Below, piece by piece: positions 1-12,021 of a DNA stretch of 64,000 nucleotides. Below the pieces are notes generated by a model. That model made no database searches, had not been told where the DNA came from, and saw only the letters and a program-made list of their open reading frames with translations. The DNA lies in NCBI RefSeq assembly GCF_000181795.1, contig NW_003526944.1, positions 2,469,434 to 2,533,433 on the forward strand, written 5' to 3'. Made by a program: the position numbers and the translations under genes. Source of the stretch: Trichinella spiralis (lineage: Eukaryota). Each line of letters opens with the position of its first letter. The first letter of the stretch is position 1.

Positions 1-7
1 AACTCAC

Positions 8-469
8 TTGACGCAATATCTGGTCAAATGTAAAGTTTCTGAATTTCAAAAAATTCACCAACTCCATCTCAGTTGAATTATGCATATTTTTCAAGCAACG
101 TAGACGCCACTTTGCAGGCAAAAAGTTACAAATGATAAAATCTGACAACTCTTCGGAAATGTTCATCATTTTCAATTTAGTCACGTTTGGTCCACCCAAA
201 TGGCAGATGGCCAAGTTGGGCAGCAACATGCTGTTGTTCCACTCGGTCGTGAATGATGTCGCTATTGGATTTTCCATATAACTGGCAATCGTTTTCACCG
301 AAAAATATACTGACGTGAACGCGGCCGAGATGAACAATAATGTCCAGAGGGTCCTTTCGCATGGCTCTTTGGAATAATGTATATTGCGCAAACCTTCGAA
401 TGAGGTCGTTTCCAAAAATTGAATCCACGAAAACTTTAGCACTTTCTTCTTAGCGCTATTTCGTCGCAT
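8..469 (-). CDS. DEG/ENaC (amiloride-sensitive sodium channel family) subunit, first coding exon; gene continues off the left edge
   Basis: Manual translation, not in the ORF track. ATG at 469, 154 open codons, then a gtgagt donor at 7-2. Sequence MRRNSAKKKVLKFSWIQFLETTSFEGLRNIHYSKEPCERTLWTLLFISAAFTSVYFSVKTIASYMENPIATSFTTEWNNSMLLPNLAIC matches the family pattern F..TS.(H)G..I, R..W + TM1, Y...P..T, (F)P..(T)IC. Confidence 0.85.
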
Positions 470-2417
470 TCTTGACGTTAAAATCAAACCAGAAATATGT
501 ATTTAAAAATCTTGCTTCATCAGTGAATAACAGATGAACAATTTATTTATCAGAACAACGACCACAGATTGTAAATTTCTCTCCCAAGATAAAAATACCA
601 ACCAATCTGAGTATCAGCTAGATTAAATGTTTTTTTCGTGCTCGCTGCTCTTATCAAAGGTTTAGATTGTATTAATTAATTCTTCCACTGACTTTGAGAA
701 CTATACTTGTCAAGATTAATTTTCCAGTGATCATATAAATTCACATTTCAATTAAACTTGAGTAACAACATGAATAACGGTGGTTGCTATATCTGCTGTT
801 TATTAATTTCTCTCTTCAACATGAATTATCATGAACTGGAAAAATAAGCAGATAACAGCAGATAGCCCACAGTTCAGTTGATAAATTTAACAATGAAAAG
901 TAGATTTCCTTTTAAAATATGATTTTAAGCTAAATATGCTATTACTAGAATTTGCAAAAACATTTGCAAATCTTCTTGGATGAACACGTCAATTACAGAA
1001 AGTATCACACTAAGAGAAGTTGACGAGCATAGCGAGAGTTGACGACTTTGCAAAAGTCAGCACAAAAACACTTTGCGTGGGTATTTCTATTTAACAAGTT
1101 ATTGCATGGTATGAAGAGCATGAAAAATTAACAACTTCATATAATCAATATTACATTAACTGTACAACAGTATTGAAATAATAATCAAAGCTTTCGTTAT
1201 TCACACACAAGTAAACGTGTGTGCAATTCAAGCACATGGTATGTAAAAATCAATAATTAATAAAAATGAAAATGAACTAGAAAACTCAACGCAGAACAAA
1301 AATGGGCGAGGGAAAGAGAATTAGTTTAAAAAATGACTATAAAACAAAACATAAATTAGAAGTTAATTTATTAACTTTTAACATTAATTAGCCAAAGAAA
1401 ACTTGAAAAAGCTCGGTGACTAAAATTGTACATGTACATATTTGGAAAAATTAGGTATCCATGATATGGAATAATGTGTCAGTAAATATTGCAAATACTT
1501 AGTGCAGACAAGCGAAACGCGTTTCTATGTAGGAATGTTAAATACCACAGAAAGAACGGTATCCTACAACCGACAATTGCAATAACTAACAATAGAACGC
1601 AAAAAAATTGAATGTGAATCTAACTATTAAGTTAAAAACAGCAACCACACTATGAAACACACATAAAAAGTAAAAAACCAAAATGATGAAACACAGAAAA
1701 AGCAGATAAACTGCAGAGAATGAAAATAGATATTGCAACACAAAAAAGTAACAGCCAAGCATATGCACAAGTTAGATGATAAAATGGCAGAACTCAGTAG
1801 AAAAATCATCTAGGAAATAATACATAAAGTCATAATTTTAAACTGGATAATAATTTATTCCACCCTAACTTGAGCTTTATTCACTCCAACTGTTGTCAAA
1901 ACTTATTTCAGAATACGAAAATGGAAACTTTATCTCTAATAATGGGAAGTTTTTCAATTTATACCTGTAAATCAACTTCACTGTAAGCATTTACAAAATC
2001 TAAATTATTATCAACAGAATCTCATATTATTTCAAGAATTACACGCAACGCAGCTTCACTCAGCAAAATAAAATTCCAAAATATATGTTACGTAATAAAT
2101 ATATAAGTTCAGCTTACCAAGAAATGCTATTACACCAACGTGGTTCACATGATTAGCAGAAAATATCCACAATTCCAATTATCACATCATCAGCATTCGC
2201 GGGCATAACATTAACACAAACCATTTCCATTTCCCATTTCTTGTATATGTAAACGATAGTTTTTCTAAAAAAAGTTCTGCAATTCATTTATTCACATAAT
2301 TCTAAACAGACAAAATATCGCATAAGCAGTTTTATGATCATGCAGGTCTTCTACAAATTATATGATGAACAATATTATAAATACAAAATACTACTCATAA
2401 TAATATTTTCCATTCAG

Positions 2418-2432
2418 AAAAGAAAATAAAAA
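2418..2432 (-). terminator. Pol III oligo-T terminator of tRNA-Sec
   Basis: The minus strand reads TTTTTATTTTCTTTT starting 3 nt after the discriminator base. Confidence 0.75.
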
Positions 2433-2435
2433 TCT

Positions 2436-2522
2436 CGCCCATGAGGTGGAATCGAACCACTTCGGCTATTAACCGACTACAGATTTGAAGTCTGCACTCT
2501 GACCATCAGAGTTCACACGGGC
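2436..2522 (-). tRNA. tRNA-Sec (selenocysteine), anticodon UCA
   Basis: Reverse complement is GCCCGTGTG AA CTCTGATGGTCAGAG TGCAGA CTTCAAA TCTGTA GTCGGTTAATAGCCGAA GTGG TTCGATT CCAC CTCATGGGC G (87 nt). It has a 9-bp acceptor stem with one U.U, a 4-bp T-stem, a 6-bp anticodon stem, a long variable arm and a G discriminator. TCA anticodon at 2488-2486. This is the eukaryotic 9/4 tRNA-Sec fold. Confidence 0.97.
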
Positions 2523-2546
2523 AACTGAAATTTGTCAAATTTTCGA

Positions 2547-2560
2547 ATATATATGCAAAT
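2547..2560 (-). promoter_or_regulatory. Upstream TATA element of tRNA-Sec, overlapping an octamer-like ATGCAAAT
   Basis: TATATAT lies about 25-32 nt upstream of the mature 5' end. ATGCAAAT reads on the + strand at 2553-2560. Metazoan tRNA-Sec genes use external, TATA-containing Pol III promoters. Confidence 0.6.
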
Positions 2561-3411
2561 GAATTTCGTTCATAAAAAGGAACAAGAATAGCTGTTATAA
2601 CATGAAAAAAATGAAAAATGCATCGATTGTTATAATAAATAGACACTGAAAAAAATAAATAATCTTGGAATTATGGAAAATGCTAGTTACAACAGAAACA
2701 TATACTAACGCCAATCTAAACTTCTACAAATATTTTTGAGAAAACTAATTTACTGTATGCAATGCATTTTTATTATTATTCATTATTAGTTTCTGCTCTG
2801 CTGGGTAAATACTGATGATGCTGCGTGAAACAATTTTATAACAATCATGAACAACAAATATGTTCAACTTTTGCTAATTAGCAAAAAAGCTTACCATCGA
2901 ATATATGAATATGAATTCATCGATAGTAATTTCATTGATATTTGATGTTGAAAACCAACTGGATTGCCAAAATGATAATTCATTTATGTTTATATATATT
3001 TCAGATTATTTCATCGTTTACATAACTACTACTTATCAAATGTTAATACTCATTACACACTGTATTATACTGTATTGTCAATTATCGTATACTTATCATT
3101 ATTACTTATTATTGAATATGTGGTTACTAATTGATATTATTTGCATTTTCACGTAGAATACGTTTTTTTGAATGGTTAATTTTTATTTTATCTTTATTTT
3201 AAATGCTAGCATTTCATTTTATTATCCGCAATTATCTCTTCTACTATGAGTACGTCTTTTCTTTACCCCAAGTGACAATTAATGTCATTCCCGTTACAAT
3301 GTAATGAAATAATTCATGTAGTTAATACATATTTCATTTTGATATGTATTACCCTTTTCATAAAAACAGTGGACATTACCAACAATATTTTGCTGAAAAA
3401 TGCGTACTGAC

Positions 3412-3774
3412 TTTCAATGTGCTTTTAAGAAATTTTAAAGTGCAATGTCGACGCTATTGTGGAGGCATAATGTTAAAAACGACAAAATTTGACAGCTCTT
3501 TCGAAATGTTCATCATTTTCAATTTGGTCACGTTTGGTCCACCTAGATGGGCGATGGCCAAGTTTGGCAGCAATATGCTGCTATTCCATTCTGTCGTGAA
3601 TGAAGTCGCTGTTGGATTTTCCATATTTAGTTTTCATCGAAGAATACATCTTCGTGATCGTGGGGGGCCATTTGAATAATGTATATTTCCCAAAAACTGT
3701 CAACTGAAGTCGTTTTCAAAAGTTGAATCTCCCAATATTTCAATACTTTTTTGGTTAATACCGTTTCGTTTCAT
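3412..3774 (-). pseudogene. Decayed duplicate of the DEG/ENaC first exon
   Basis: Clearly homologous to 8-469 (MENPTATSFTTEWNSSILLPNLAIAHLGGPNVTKLKMMNISKELS). It carries an early +1 frameshift, has lost most of TM1, and has TGG changed to TAG at 3456-3454. The upstream flank is also shared (AACAGATGAACAATTTATTTATCAG at about 529-553 and 3836-3860). No downstream exons are recognisable. Confidence 0.85.
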
Positions 3775-5610
3775 TTTTTTAAGATGTTTATCGTAAAACT
3801 AATCAAGAAAATGAATTTAAAATCCGTCATTGAACAACAGATGAACAATTTATTTATCAGCACATAAATGATGCAATAGGGCAGGTCGCCCCAAGAGGAA
3901 AATACTAACTGCTGCTCTGCATGTCAATTACATTGAATATTTTAGGCACGCTGCCCTTATTAAATGTTCAACTTGCATTAATTCTTCGATTTACTTTGTG
4001 AACCATATTTGTCAACACTACTTTTCGAATCTTACTGTAACGCGATGTGAAAACAAATAAGTTCCCATTTCAATTTCGCCTGTGTAACAAAACGAAACAG
4101 TACCTACTGCATTCATTGTTTATTAATATTTGCTTTTTATGAACATCAATATGAATTATGAAAAGAAGTCACGTGGAAGAAACCGCAGAATGCTTTTAAG
4201 CTTATTGAATGTTTGATTATGGAGAATATATTTCCAAATTAGTATATGAATTTAAACTAAACATAGTATTTTGAGAATTTATTGAAATCATTTCATTTAT
4301 GCTTATTGATCTTGTGGAAGATGAAGCTCGTATACAGCTCATAATTGGTGAAAATGTCGAGAATTTTATCAGCACAAATACATAATTACCATTTACACCG
4401 CAGACATTTCAGTGGAATTAGCCGTTCTTATTTCATTTTAGCTTTACTCATAAATGAATTTGGAATTTTTTGTTAATTTAAAATGCGTCCTTTATGTGTG
4501 ATAAAGCCAATCAAAGCTGCAATGCACGGATTTCACTAAAGCACCCAGAATGGATTGCAGTCTTGAAAATGGCTATTTGAATTAATTATGGCATTGGTAT
4601 ATTTCATTATACTCATCGTTGGTGTAATAGATGAGCTTTTTCTTTGACTGGATGATTTTTTTTCAGTCAGAAACATAACAGCAAAATAAATTGACAATCA
4701 TGTTGAATGACATGAAACTGAATTTTATCATTCATAATAAGCACAGCAACGGCAAACATATTGAAAATTTTATTAAAGTGATAAAAAATAAGTAGAAAAG
4801 AAGCTGTATCATGAATAAATAGCTGACTGAAATAATAATATGAAAGAAAGCATAAATAAATTATTCTTTTTTGATTACTACAAGCATTCAACTTACTTTT
4901 CTTAATGTGAATTAAAAAAGCTATAATTTATTTTCATCGTGCACTTTAATTAGGCTACGAAAAAGTGTACCAGGTTAATTTGAAACTTTTAACATAGTTA
5001 CAACAGTGCGACCAGACGTATATGTCAGTAACCTTCAAAAAAGGTTTGAATGCACAACAAAGAATGTAAATAATTCAGAATTATTTATCATCAAAAAAGT
5101 TCTTTCATCATAATTTAATAAGATAGACATTGTTAATTTACAACTGCAAAAATGATTCGAAGTTTTGTATTTTATCAAAAGAGAAAATTTTGTAACCACA
5201 AAAAAAAATATATATATATTAATCGTAAAGGAGAAGTCTTTTTCAAATGAAAGCAAAATATTTAATCAGACATGCAACGCGGCATTCAGGCGATAATATC
5301 AGGTCAACGAAAATACCAAATCGAATCTGTTGTTTGCATTTCCGTATTCTTATTTTGCATATGATGCACAATAATAAGATATTGCAAAATATAATTTTAT
5401 GAAATAACAACAACAACAGTAATAATTATAACATATATAGTAGTGTGATTTTGTAAAGTTGTCCAAAATATGACGCATGTTTAAAATTTTTCTTTAAACA
5501 AATGTTGTTTAAACTTGATCATCATTAATTAAATAAGTACTGTAAATGTTTAAGCAGTCAGTTTGTTAGTTGTCAGTTGCCTAATGTGGTAGGTGAGCAG
5601 TTGTTTGAAG

Positions 5611-7953
5611 ATGAATTACAAAGATGAAATAGAAGGTCTTAAAAGATGGCTTCTTGGTGATGACCGTGTGAAAGTATTATATACATTTTGTTATATCCTT
5701 TTGTTAATTTAATAAAAATATTCCATTTTAGAAAATGCGAGCTTTAAGAAAACTGGAAACACTGCCAATTACGCTGGAAATTCTTCAGGTAAGGTTATGC
5801 TTGTATTTTTGTTGGAAATACATTTTTATGTTTCCTCTTTTTATCATAAAATGGAATGTATATTGTCATTTTAGCAAACTGGCATTGGTATAGCTTTGAA
5901 TAGCTTAAGAAATGAAAAAGAATATTCTGAACGGGTGAAAACTTTGGTCTTCAAGTGGAAAGAGATCGCCTACAGTACTGCCAGGAAGAAGGGAATCGAA
6001 ATTGATTTTTGTGAAACTACTGCCAACAAGTATTCCGTGAATCCTCGCGATGCTACCGTTGCAGAATCTGCTGTCAAAATCACTTCGAATTTGGCATCAT
6101 CGAAAGTAAGCACAAAGCCTGAAACGTCGGCTAAATGTGAAATGAAGCGATCAGCTAACATTAGAAGCACTGAAGATGCTTTGACTAGTGAAAAAGAGTC
6201 TGCTTCTGTATTCAAAGTGCCGAAAGTATCGAAGAGGATAAAGCTGACCACAGGATCGGACAGTTTTGCAGACGCACTGGGCAGTGTTGATCATTTGCCA
6301 AAAAATTACAAGCGATCCCATAAAAGGAAGCTTGGAGAAAAGTCGAAACAAATTCCAAATGGTGATAGTCTGCCGGATGTGGAAATTTTGAAATCACTTC
6401 AGACAAGCTTAAATGAACCGGGACCCAGTAATCAATCGAATGTATTTATTATACTTTGTTAACTTGATTTGATTTGATTTAATTTAATTTTTTTTTGAAT
6501 TTTAGATGTATTTTGTAAAAGCTGATTCTAAGCCACCACCGTACAATAAGACAAAGACGAATGATTCTGCAATTAAGAAGAGTTGTACAATGAAAGGTAC
6601 ACAATGCAGGTTGTTGTTTTTTGTTTTGAGGTTCATAATACAATATCTTTGCGCATGAAATGACGCGATTTCCGTTTTCACGTCACTCATGTGCTAATAA
6701 GATGTTATTTATTTTACTGTGGTAGTCTTCATTGACGTCACGTTGAACTCTGAAATTCTTTCTTTATCACTACTGGATGATTCAATATGAAATCAAATAG
6801 TAATTTCACTATATCTCCGAGGAAATATGATAAAAAATTTTTGTTTATTCAACAATATTTGTCAAAATTGTTGGTGCAATAATATTTGTACAGTGATTTT
6901 TTTGCAGGTGATTATGATTATTTGGACCAGCAGCTTGTGAAAAGGGGTCACTCTAGAACGCAAGTTTACTCTGGCCGTCGGTCGCATACTGTGCAATCGA
7001 TTCAAAAACTCTTCGACATGTGCATCCGAGTTTTGAGTGACAATATTGATCGTAAGTGTATTGTTGTTTGTTGAAAAATTTGAGGAATTATTCAATTTTA
7101 TATTACTAATCCATAATAATAATAATAATTTATTTGTTTAGAATTGGAATTCACCGGTGGTGTACCGTATTCAATTTTGAGGCCAGTTCTGACTCGTGCT
7201 TCACCGCAGCAGTTGGTCAAAATTGAACATTACAATCCTGTACGTTATTGGTATTTTTTTTCTCTCCCCAACCTTCCCTCCCTCCACCTTTCCCCGTTTG
7301 TTTATATTTCGACGTGAAAATTTGATTTCAATATCATTTTAGTATTTGTCCATTGATTTGCAAGAACTGTGGAAAGAACACTGTAAGAAAGAATTCAATT
7401 GTCTCGCTTGTGATTTGCTCAGAAAGGAAACGTACCGTCAGATGTATGAGGTAAAAAATTTAAATTTATCTACTTGTTGGAATCTTTATTTGATTTATGA
7501 AATCTATTCCAGAGAATGGTGATGCAAAGGGAACAAAAGTTTCTAGAAGTGACTCGTTCGATCAGTGAAAGCATGAACAGTGCGAACGGTACGGTGAAAA
7601 TAATTAGCATTGGAATAATTTTATTTTATCTTTTGATAATGATTTTATTCAACTATATTTCTATAGTCCGGGTAGCGAAATTATCCGAAGTGAAAACTCC
7701 CAGAGATGTTCTGCGACGGCAAGCGAAATACGGTACTGGCCTGCTGACATTGCCTAGTTGTGAGGATATTATCGAATCCCGTCGTTACGGTTTGGCTGGT
7801 GGTGGATCTTCTTCCAGAATGAAATCTGTACGTTCGGCTGGCATCATCGTCTCGTCGCTCAGAGACCAAAGTTCCAAGCTTTCAAAGCCGCCGTTGTTGG
7901 TCAAATCGTTGGAAATGCTCAAAAATTGTCGCAGAAGTGGCCGCAGATATTGA
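5611..7953 (+). CDS. ELOA: Elongin A (transcription elongation factor B polypeptide 3), multi-exon
   Basis: N-terminal TFIIS-type domain assembled across exons (ALRKLETLPITLEILQQTGIGIALNSLR..VKTLVFKWKEIA), then TQVYSGRRS and a BC-box (IQKLFDMCIRVL), GGVPYSILRPVL..QLVKIEHYNP, and TPRDVLRRQAKYGT. GT-AG introns keep the frame. Confidence 0.9.
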
Positions 7954-8461
7954 CCGATCGATCGATCCACTTTTTCCACGTTATCATTATACATTTTTAA
8001 TAATTTTTTTTGTATTAATTTTCATTTTTTTTCTTTTGACATCAACGCTATCACATCCGTGTCCGTCCGTCTGTGGGACATGTGCTGCAAGAAACAAAAT
8101 CACATTTTTTTTTCTTGTTTGTTAGTTTTTTTTCATGTTGACTTTTTTTGTACTGACTAGTTATAACTTTTGTTGTTTTTTGTTAAATTTATTTATTTAA
8201 TTTTGAAATAAATTTGAATTGGCATTGATATTTCATGTTGTTTTGTTTCTAGACGAAAATTCACGTTCTTCAACAACCAACCGTACTGTGATAAACAATC
8301 AACTGATTATCATATCATCTCTGCTACAGTTGATAATCTACAGTATAATTGTATAATTTTCTGTTTTCACTCGGCCAATTTTGCAACATTTCACTATATG
8401 TCTATTCAAAATAAAAAAAGAAATTGAAAAAAAAATTTCCAATTTTTCAAATTGAATCCGA

Positions 8462-10566
8462 TTAATTTGTTTCGGTTGTTCTTGGACCATATATGCGAAC
8501 CGTTGAACCGATCTGTTCAACGTCGTCGTCGTCGTCGTCGTCGGGTTCATCTCCATCGCTGTCGTCTTGGTCGTCGGAATTTCTTCGTTCATCAGTCGCG
8601 TGTTGGCCGTGCTCTTCTTCCCGACGCTTTTCCTCTTGGGATTGCCATTCAGCTCGAGCTTGTTCGTATTCTTCGATCCTTGAAATGGAAAAATGAATAT
8701 GAATATGAATAGTATGGAAATTTGTTTACCATTCGCTTTTCCACTTGGGTTTCAGCAGAACACTGCGCGGCGTACCGAAGCCGGTCATGCCGCTTTGATT
8801 GGCCAATTTGTTCGTGCCGAACTGCAAGCGCAGTATGCCGTCGCATTTTCTGGCCATCTCTTCGGGCATCTCCTTGCCTCCGGTGGATTTGAAAATCACA
8901 TCCCGCTGCTTGGAAAAGCCGCCGCTGCCGGTCTGGGTGGCGAATTTGTTCGTACCGGCGAACCAGGGAATCTCAGCGGTACTACGACGCAGTTGTTCTT
9001 CGGTAAAATTCAACCCTTCGGGTTCGATGGTGGTCTTGAAATTTATGCAAATCAATCAACACACAGTTAGGCGCGCGCAATTGTCTCGAGAATTCTACTC
9101 ACTTGTCTGTAGGCTCCCACGGCCGGCGGGTCGGTCATGCCGGATTGGCTGGCGAAAACGTTCGTGCCAGACTGGAACGGGATGTACTGTTCACAGCGAC
9201 GGTCTTTGGCCAGCCGACCACGGACCAACGTGCACTGGTTCCTCCTGCCTCCGATGACCACTTGACCGCTGCTCTGGGTGGCGAATTTGTTGCTGCCGGC
9301 TTGCATGGGTATGATGGTGTCGGACTGGTGGCGCCGGTCGTCGCTTTGACCGTTCGTCAGCAGCCAGTCTTGCTTGTCTTGGACTCGGCAGACGTTGGGT
9401 CTGCAGGCGAGGAACGGAGACGAGCCCTTCTGCGAGGCGAACTGGTTGGTTCCGCACTGGGCTCGGGTGATGCCTTGGCCCTTGCGGTCCGGTTCGACGA
9501 AGCCGCGGTCTTCGGACCTGTATATGTTCGCCCTCGGACTGCCGAAAGCGCTCATCCCTTTCTGCGAGGCGAATTTGTTGGTGCCGGTCTGCAACGACAG
9601 TACCGACTGGCCGGCGTTGAGCTGTTCAAAAGTCCACTTGCTCGATTTGGACGGTTTGTCATTCTGAACAATAAAAATAAAATATTAATAAAGTAAACAA
9701 AAAAGAAGTGGACAATTTTATTTTATTTATTTATCGATTAAAACAAGTATCAAATTTTGAATTGTTTTCTTTTTTTTCATAGTCTACTGTAAGAAAGAAC
9801 GCGGAAGTTGACAATTTTCTTTCCAGTCGATCAAATTTTGCACCAGTTTTTCCCAAAGATATTCGTTGAAAAAGTGTGATCTGTGGGACAGTTTTTGCTG
9901 GTCATCGTTTTTCATTAAATTCCAACAGACGAATTAATTTCTCCACCTGTTGACGTGTTGACCAAATTTCGGTGCGAAAATAACGACGCCTCTGGTCGTG
10001 CGTCAAATCGGCCCCACCCCCTTCAACCCCCCCCCACCCCAATCCTCCCCACATACCCATACCAGCTAACAAAATGGAAAATGCAAATTTTCTCAAGCTT
10101 GTTGTTTTCCCATTGGAAAACTATTTTCCACTGACAACGTGGTCAACGAGAACAACAAGTTCAGCTTCTTCTCCAAAGCGACCTGCTTGCTTGGGAGGTT
10201 TGGGAATTGAAAAGCGCATAGTTGTGCCTGCTATTGTTCCACTTGTTGTTTGCCTGATGCTATTTAAAATTCATTTCTCCAATACGACTACCCGACGATG
10301 TTCCTTTCAAAATTCACAACCGGTCAATCGACTGACTGATCTACGCCGAAAATACGTTCCACTTTTTTAATTCACAACCAACCATCAATGTCATCATCGA
10401 CGCAAAATTAAATGGTCAATTTGATCGATATTTATATTTTATTTAATCGTTTCATCGAAATTGAAATGTGATGATAAATTATAAAATAGAATAACACAAT
10501 AATTATAGTAAAATGAAAAGAAACAGAAAAAAAACAAATTTACATTTCACATACCTCATCCCTCAT
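8462..10566 (-). CDS. Calponin-like (CLIK) repeat actin-binding protein of the UNC-87/CLIK family; six repeats and an acidic tail
   Basis: Six repeats: LQTGTNKFASQKGM, AQCGTNQFASQKG, MQAGSNKFATQ, FQSGTNVFASQSGM, WFAGTNKFATQ, LQFGTNKLANQSGM. No CH domain. The last exon encodes an Asp-rich tail ending with TAA at 8464-8462. The start is inferred from a 12-nt coding exon MRDE (10566-10555, gtatgt donor) that is in phase with the next exon. Confidence 0.85.
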
Positions 10567-12021
10567 GGCAGTGATTGTATGGACTGGATCAGTAGTTGAA
10601 TATGATTCGATATATATATATTGCCGTTGTATACGGATGATTATATTTGTTTTTAATTAAAAAAATATTTTTTGTGAAAAAAATCTATTTCGCTTGAAAT
10701 CGTTTGACAGATGCGTCCGCTTGTTGAACGAGCACAATTCGCAAATGTGATGGGATTCAGAACTGGTGAGGGAAGTTGGCAGTGGGAAAACCAGTTCCAG
10801 ATGAGTAGAAGCATACAGCGCAAATCCAGTGTTCGCTGTTGTCGAAGGAGAACAGCAGAAACGACTTGCAACGGGTCTTGCAGAAAAGACAAGACAAACC
10901 CGAGAGTGACAAACGGTTGCTTGACAGACAAGTAAATCGCGAAAATGTGCTGTAAAACCGACCATATCTGGCCGGCAAATGAATCAATCACACTGCCAGC
11001 CGTATAGCTTGGCTGGCCGTGGCATTTTTGTGTCATGGAAATTTTAATAGTACCACTTTGGTTCTTTTTTTCACATCTCAAAATGGTTCAAATGCAAAAT
11101 TTATTTTGTAAAATTTAAATTTTCCATAATTTACGGAAAAAATTTAATTTTCTCACGCTCAATCAATTCCCAACATTCTCCTGTGCTAATGTGATTTGTA
11201 ATTTAACTTGTTCAGCCGTTCGATAAACTTATTCCATTCTCTGTGAAACAACATTGATAAATAATTTTCGTTTCTATTTAATGAAGTCAATTTTAAAATT
11301 TAACTGTTACTTATGAACGGTACATTTTACAGAAGAAAAAATTCCCAAATACAATTAAAACTTAATTTCACCACAGTATTCAAATTATACTGTAATTTGT
11401 ACGTTGTCAATTCATTCGGAAAAAAAACCTTGACATACAAAAATTTGAAATTTTATAAAATATTAGTTTCTTGAAGTAGAAACGGTTAATTTAAATTATC
11501 ACTTTTCGCCAACTTCGATGTTTTCAAAACGATTGTTTCAACATGAATTCTAAGGATATCAGTGTTCACTGAATATTGTTGTTTCATTCAACAATTTATA
11601 ATAAAGCAGAACGCTTTGAAATTGAATTGATTTGTATTAAATTGAAAAATAAAACCTTTTACTCATTTGTTGCATACTGAACGCAATAATTGAAACGGGT
11701 GAAAATGAAATCATCGAAATTACAGTATTACGACAATGAAACACGTGGGCGGAAAATGTACCAATTTTTTTGTTCAATTTTAAACTATATTTTTTATATA
11801 ATAAGTACAAATAATTTTTTTAATTACTGCCAAGATTTATTTTTTATGATATTTCAAAATTCAGAACACATTGTGGAATAATTCCACTTAATGATAGTAA
11901 AGTTTTAATATTACTGTAATGCTCAAGAAGATCCGTTTGGTGTCGGTGCTGGACGGATTGTTCCGTTAGCGCATTCCCACAGACGTGAATACTGCTGAAA
12001 AGCCCTTCGTACAGCAATAGA

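Noticed and set aside
1586..1809. Hydrophobic minus-strand ORFs (also 4667-4891) that look like membrane proteins
   Set aside because: Driven by T-rich composition; no family motif or exon structure.
3344..3679. 111-aa + strand ORF, and the 177-428 ORF
   Set aside because: Antisense or off-frame shadows of the DEG/ENaC copies.
5693..5702. ATATCCTTTT (U12-like 5' site) in Elongin A intron 1
   Set aside because: It lies inside an ordinary GT-AG intron that already keeps the frame, and no CCTTAAC branch site follows.
8693..9696. Long + strand ORFs of 125-197 aa
   Set aside because: Antisense to the GC-rich calponin-repeat exons.
10653..11081. 142-aa minus-strand ORF upstream of the calponin-repeat gene
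   Set aside because: Non-ATG start, no recognisable motif, and several frames open; more likely regulatory or UTR sequence.
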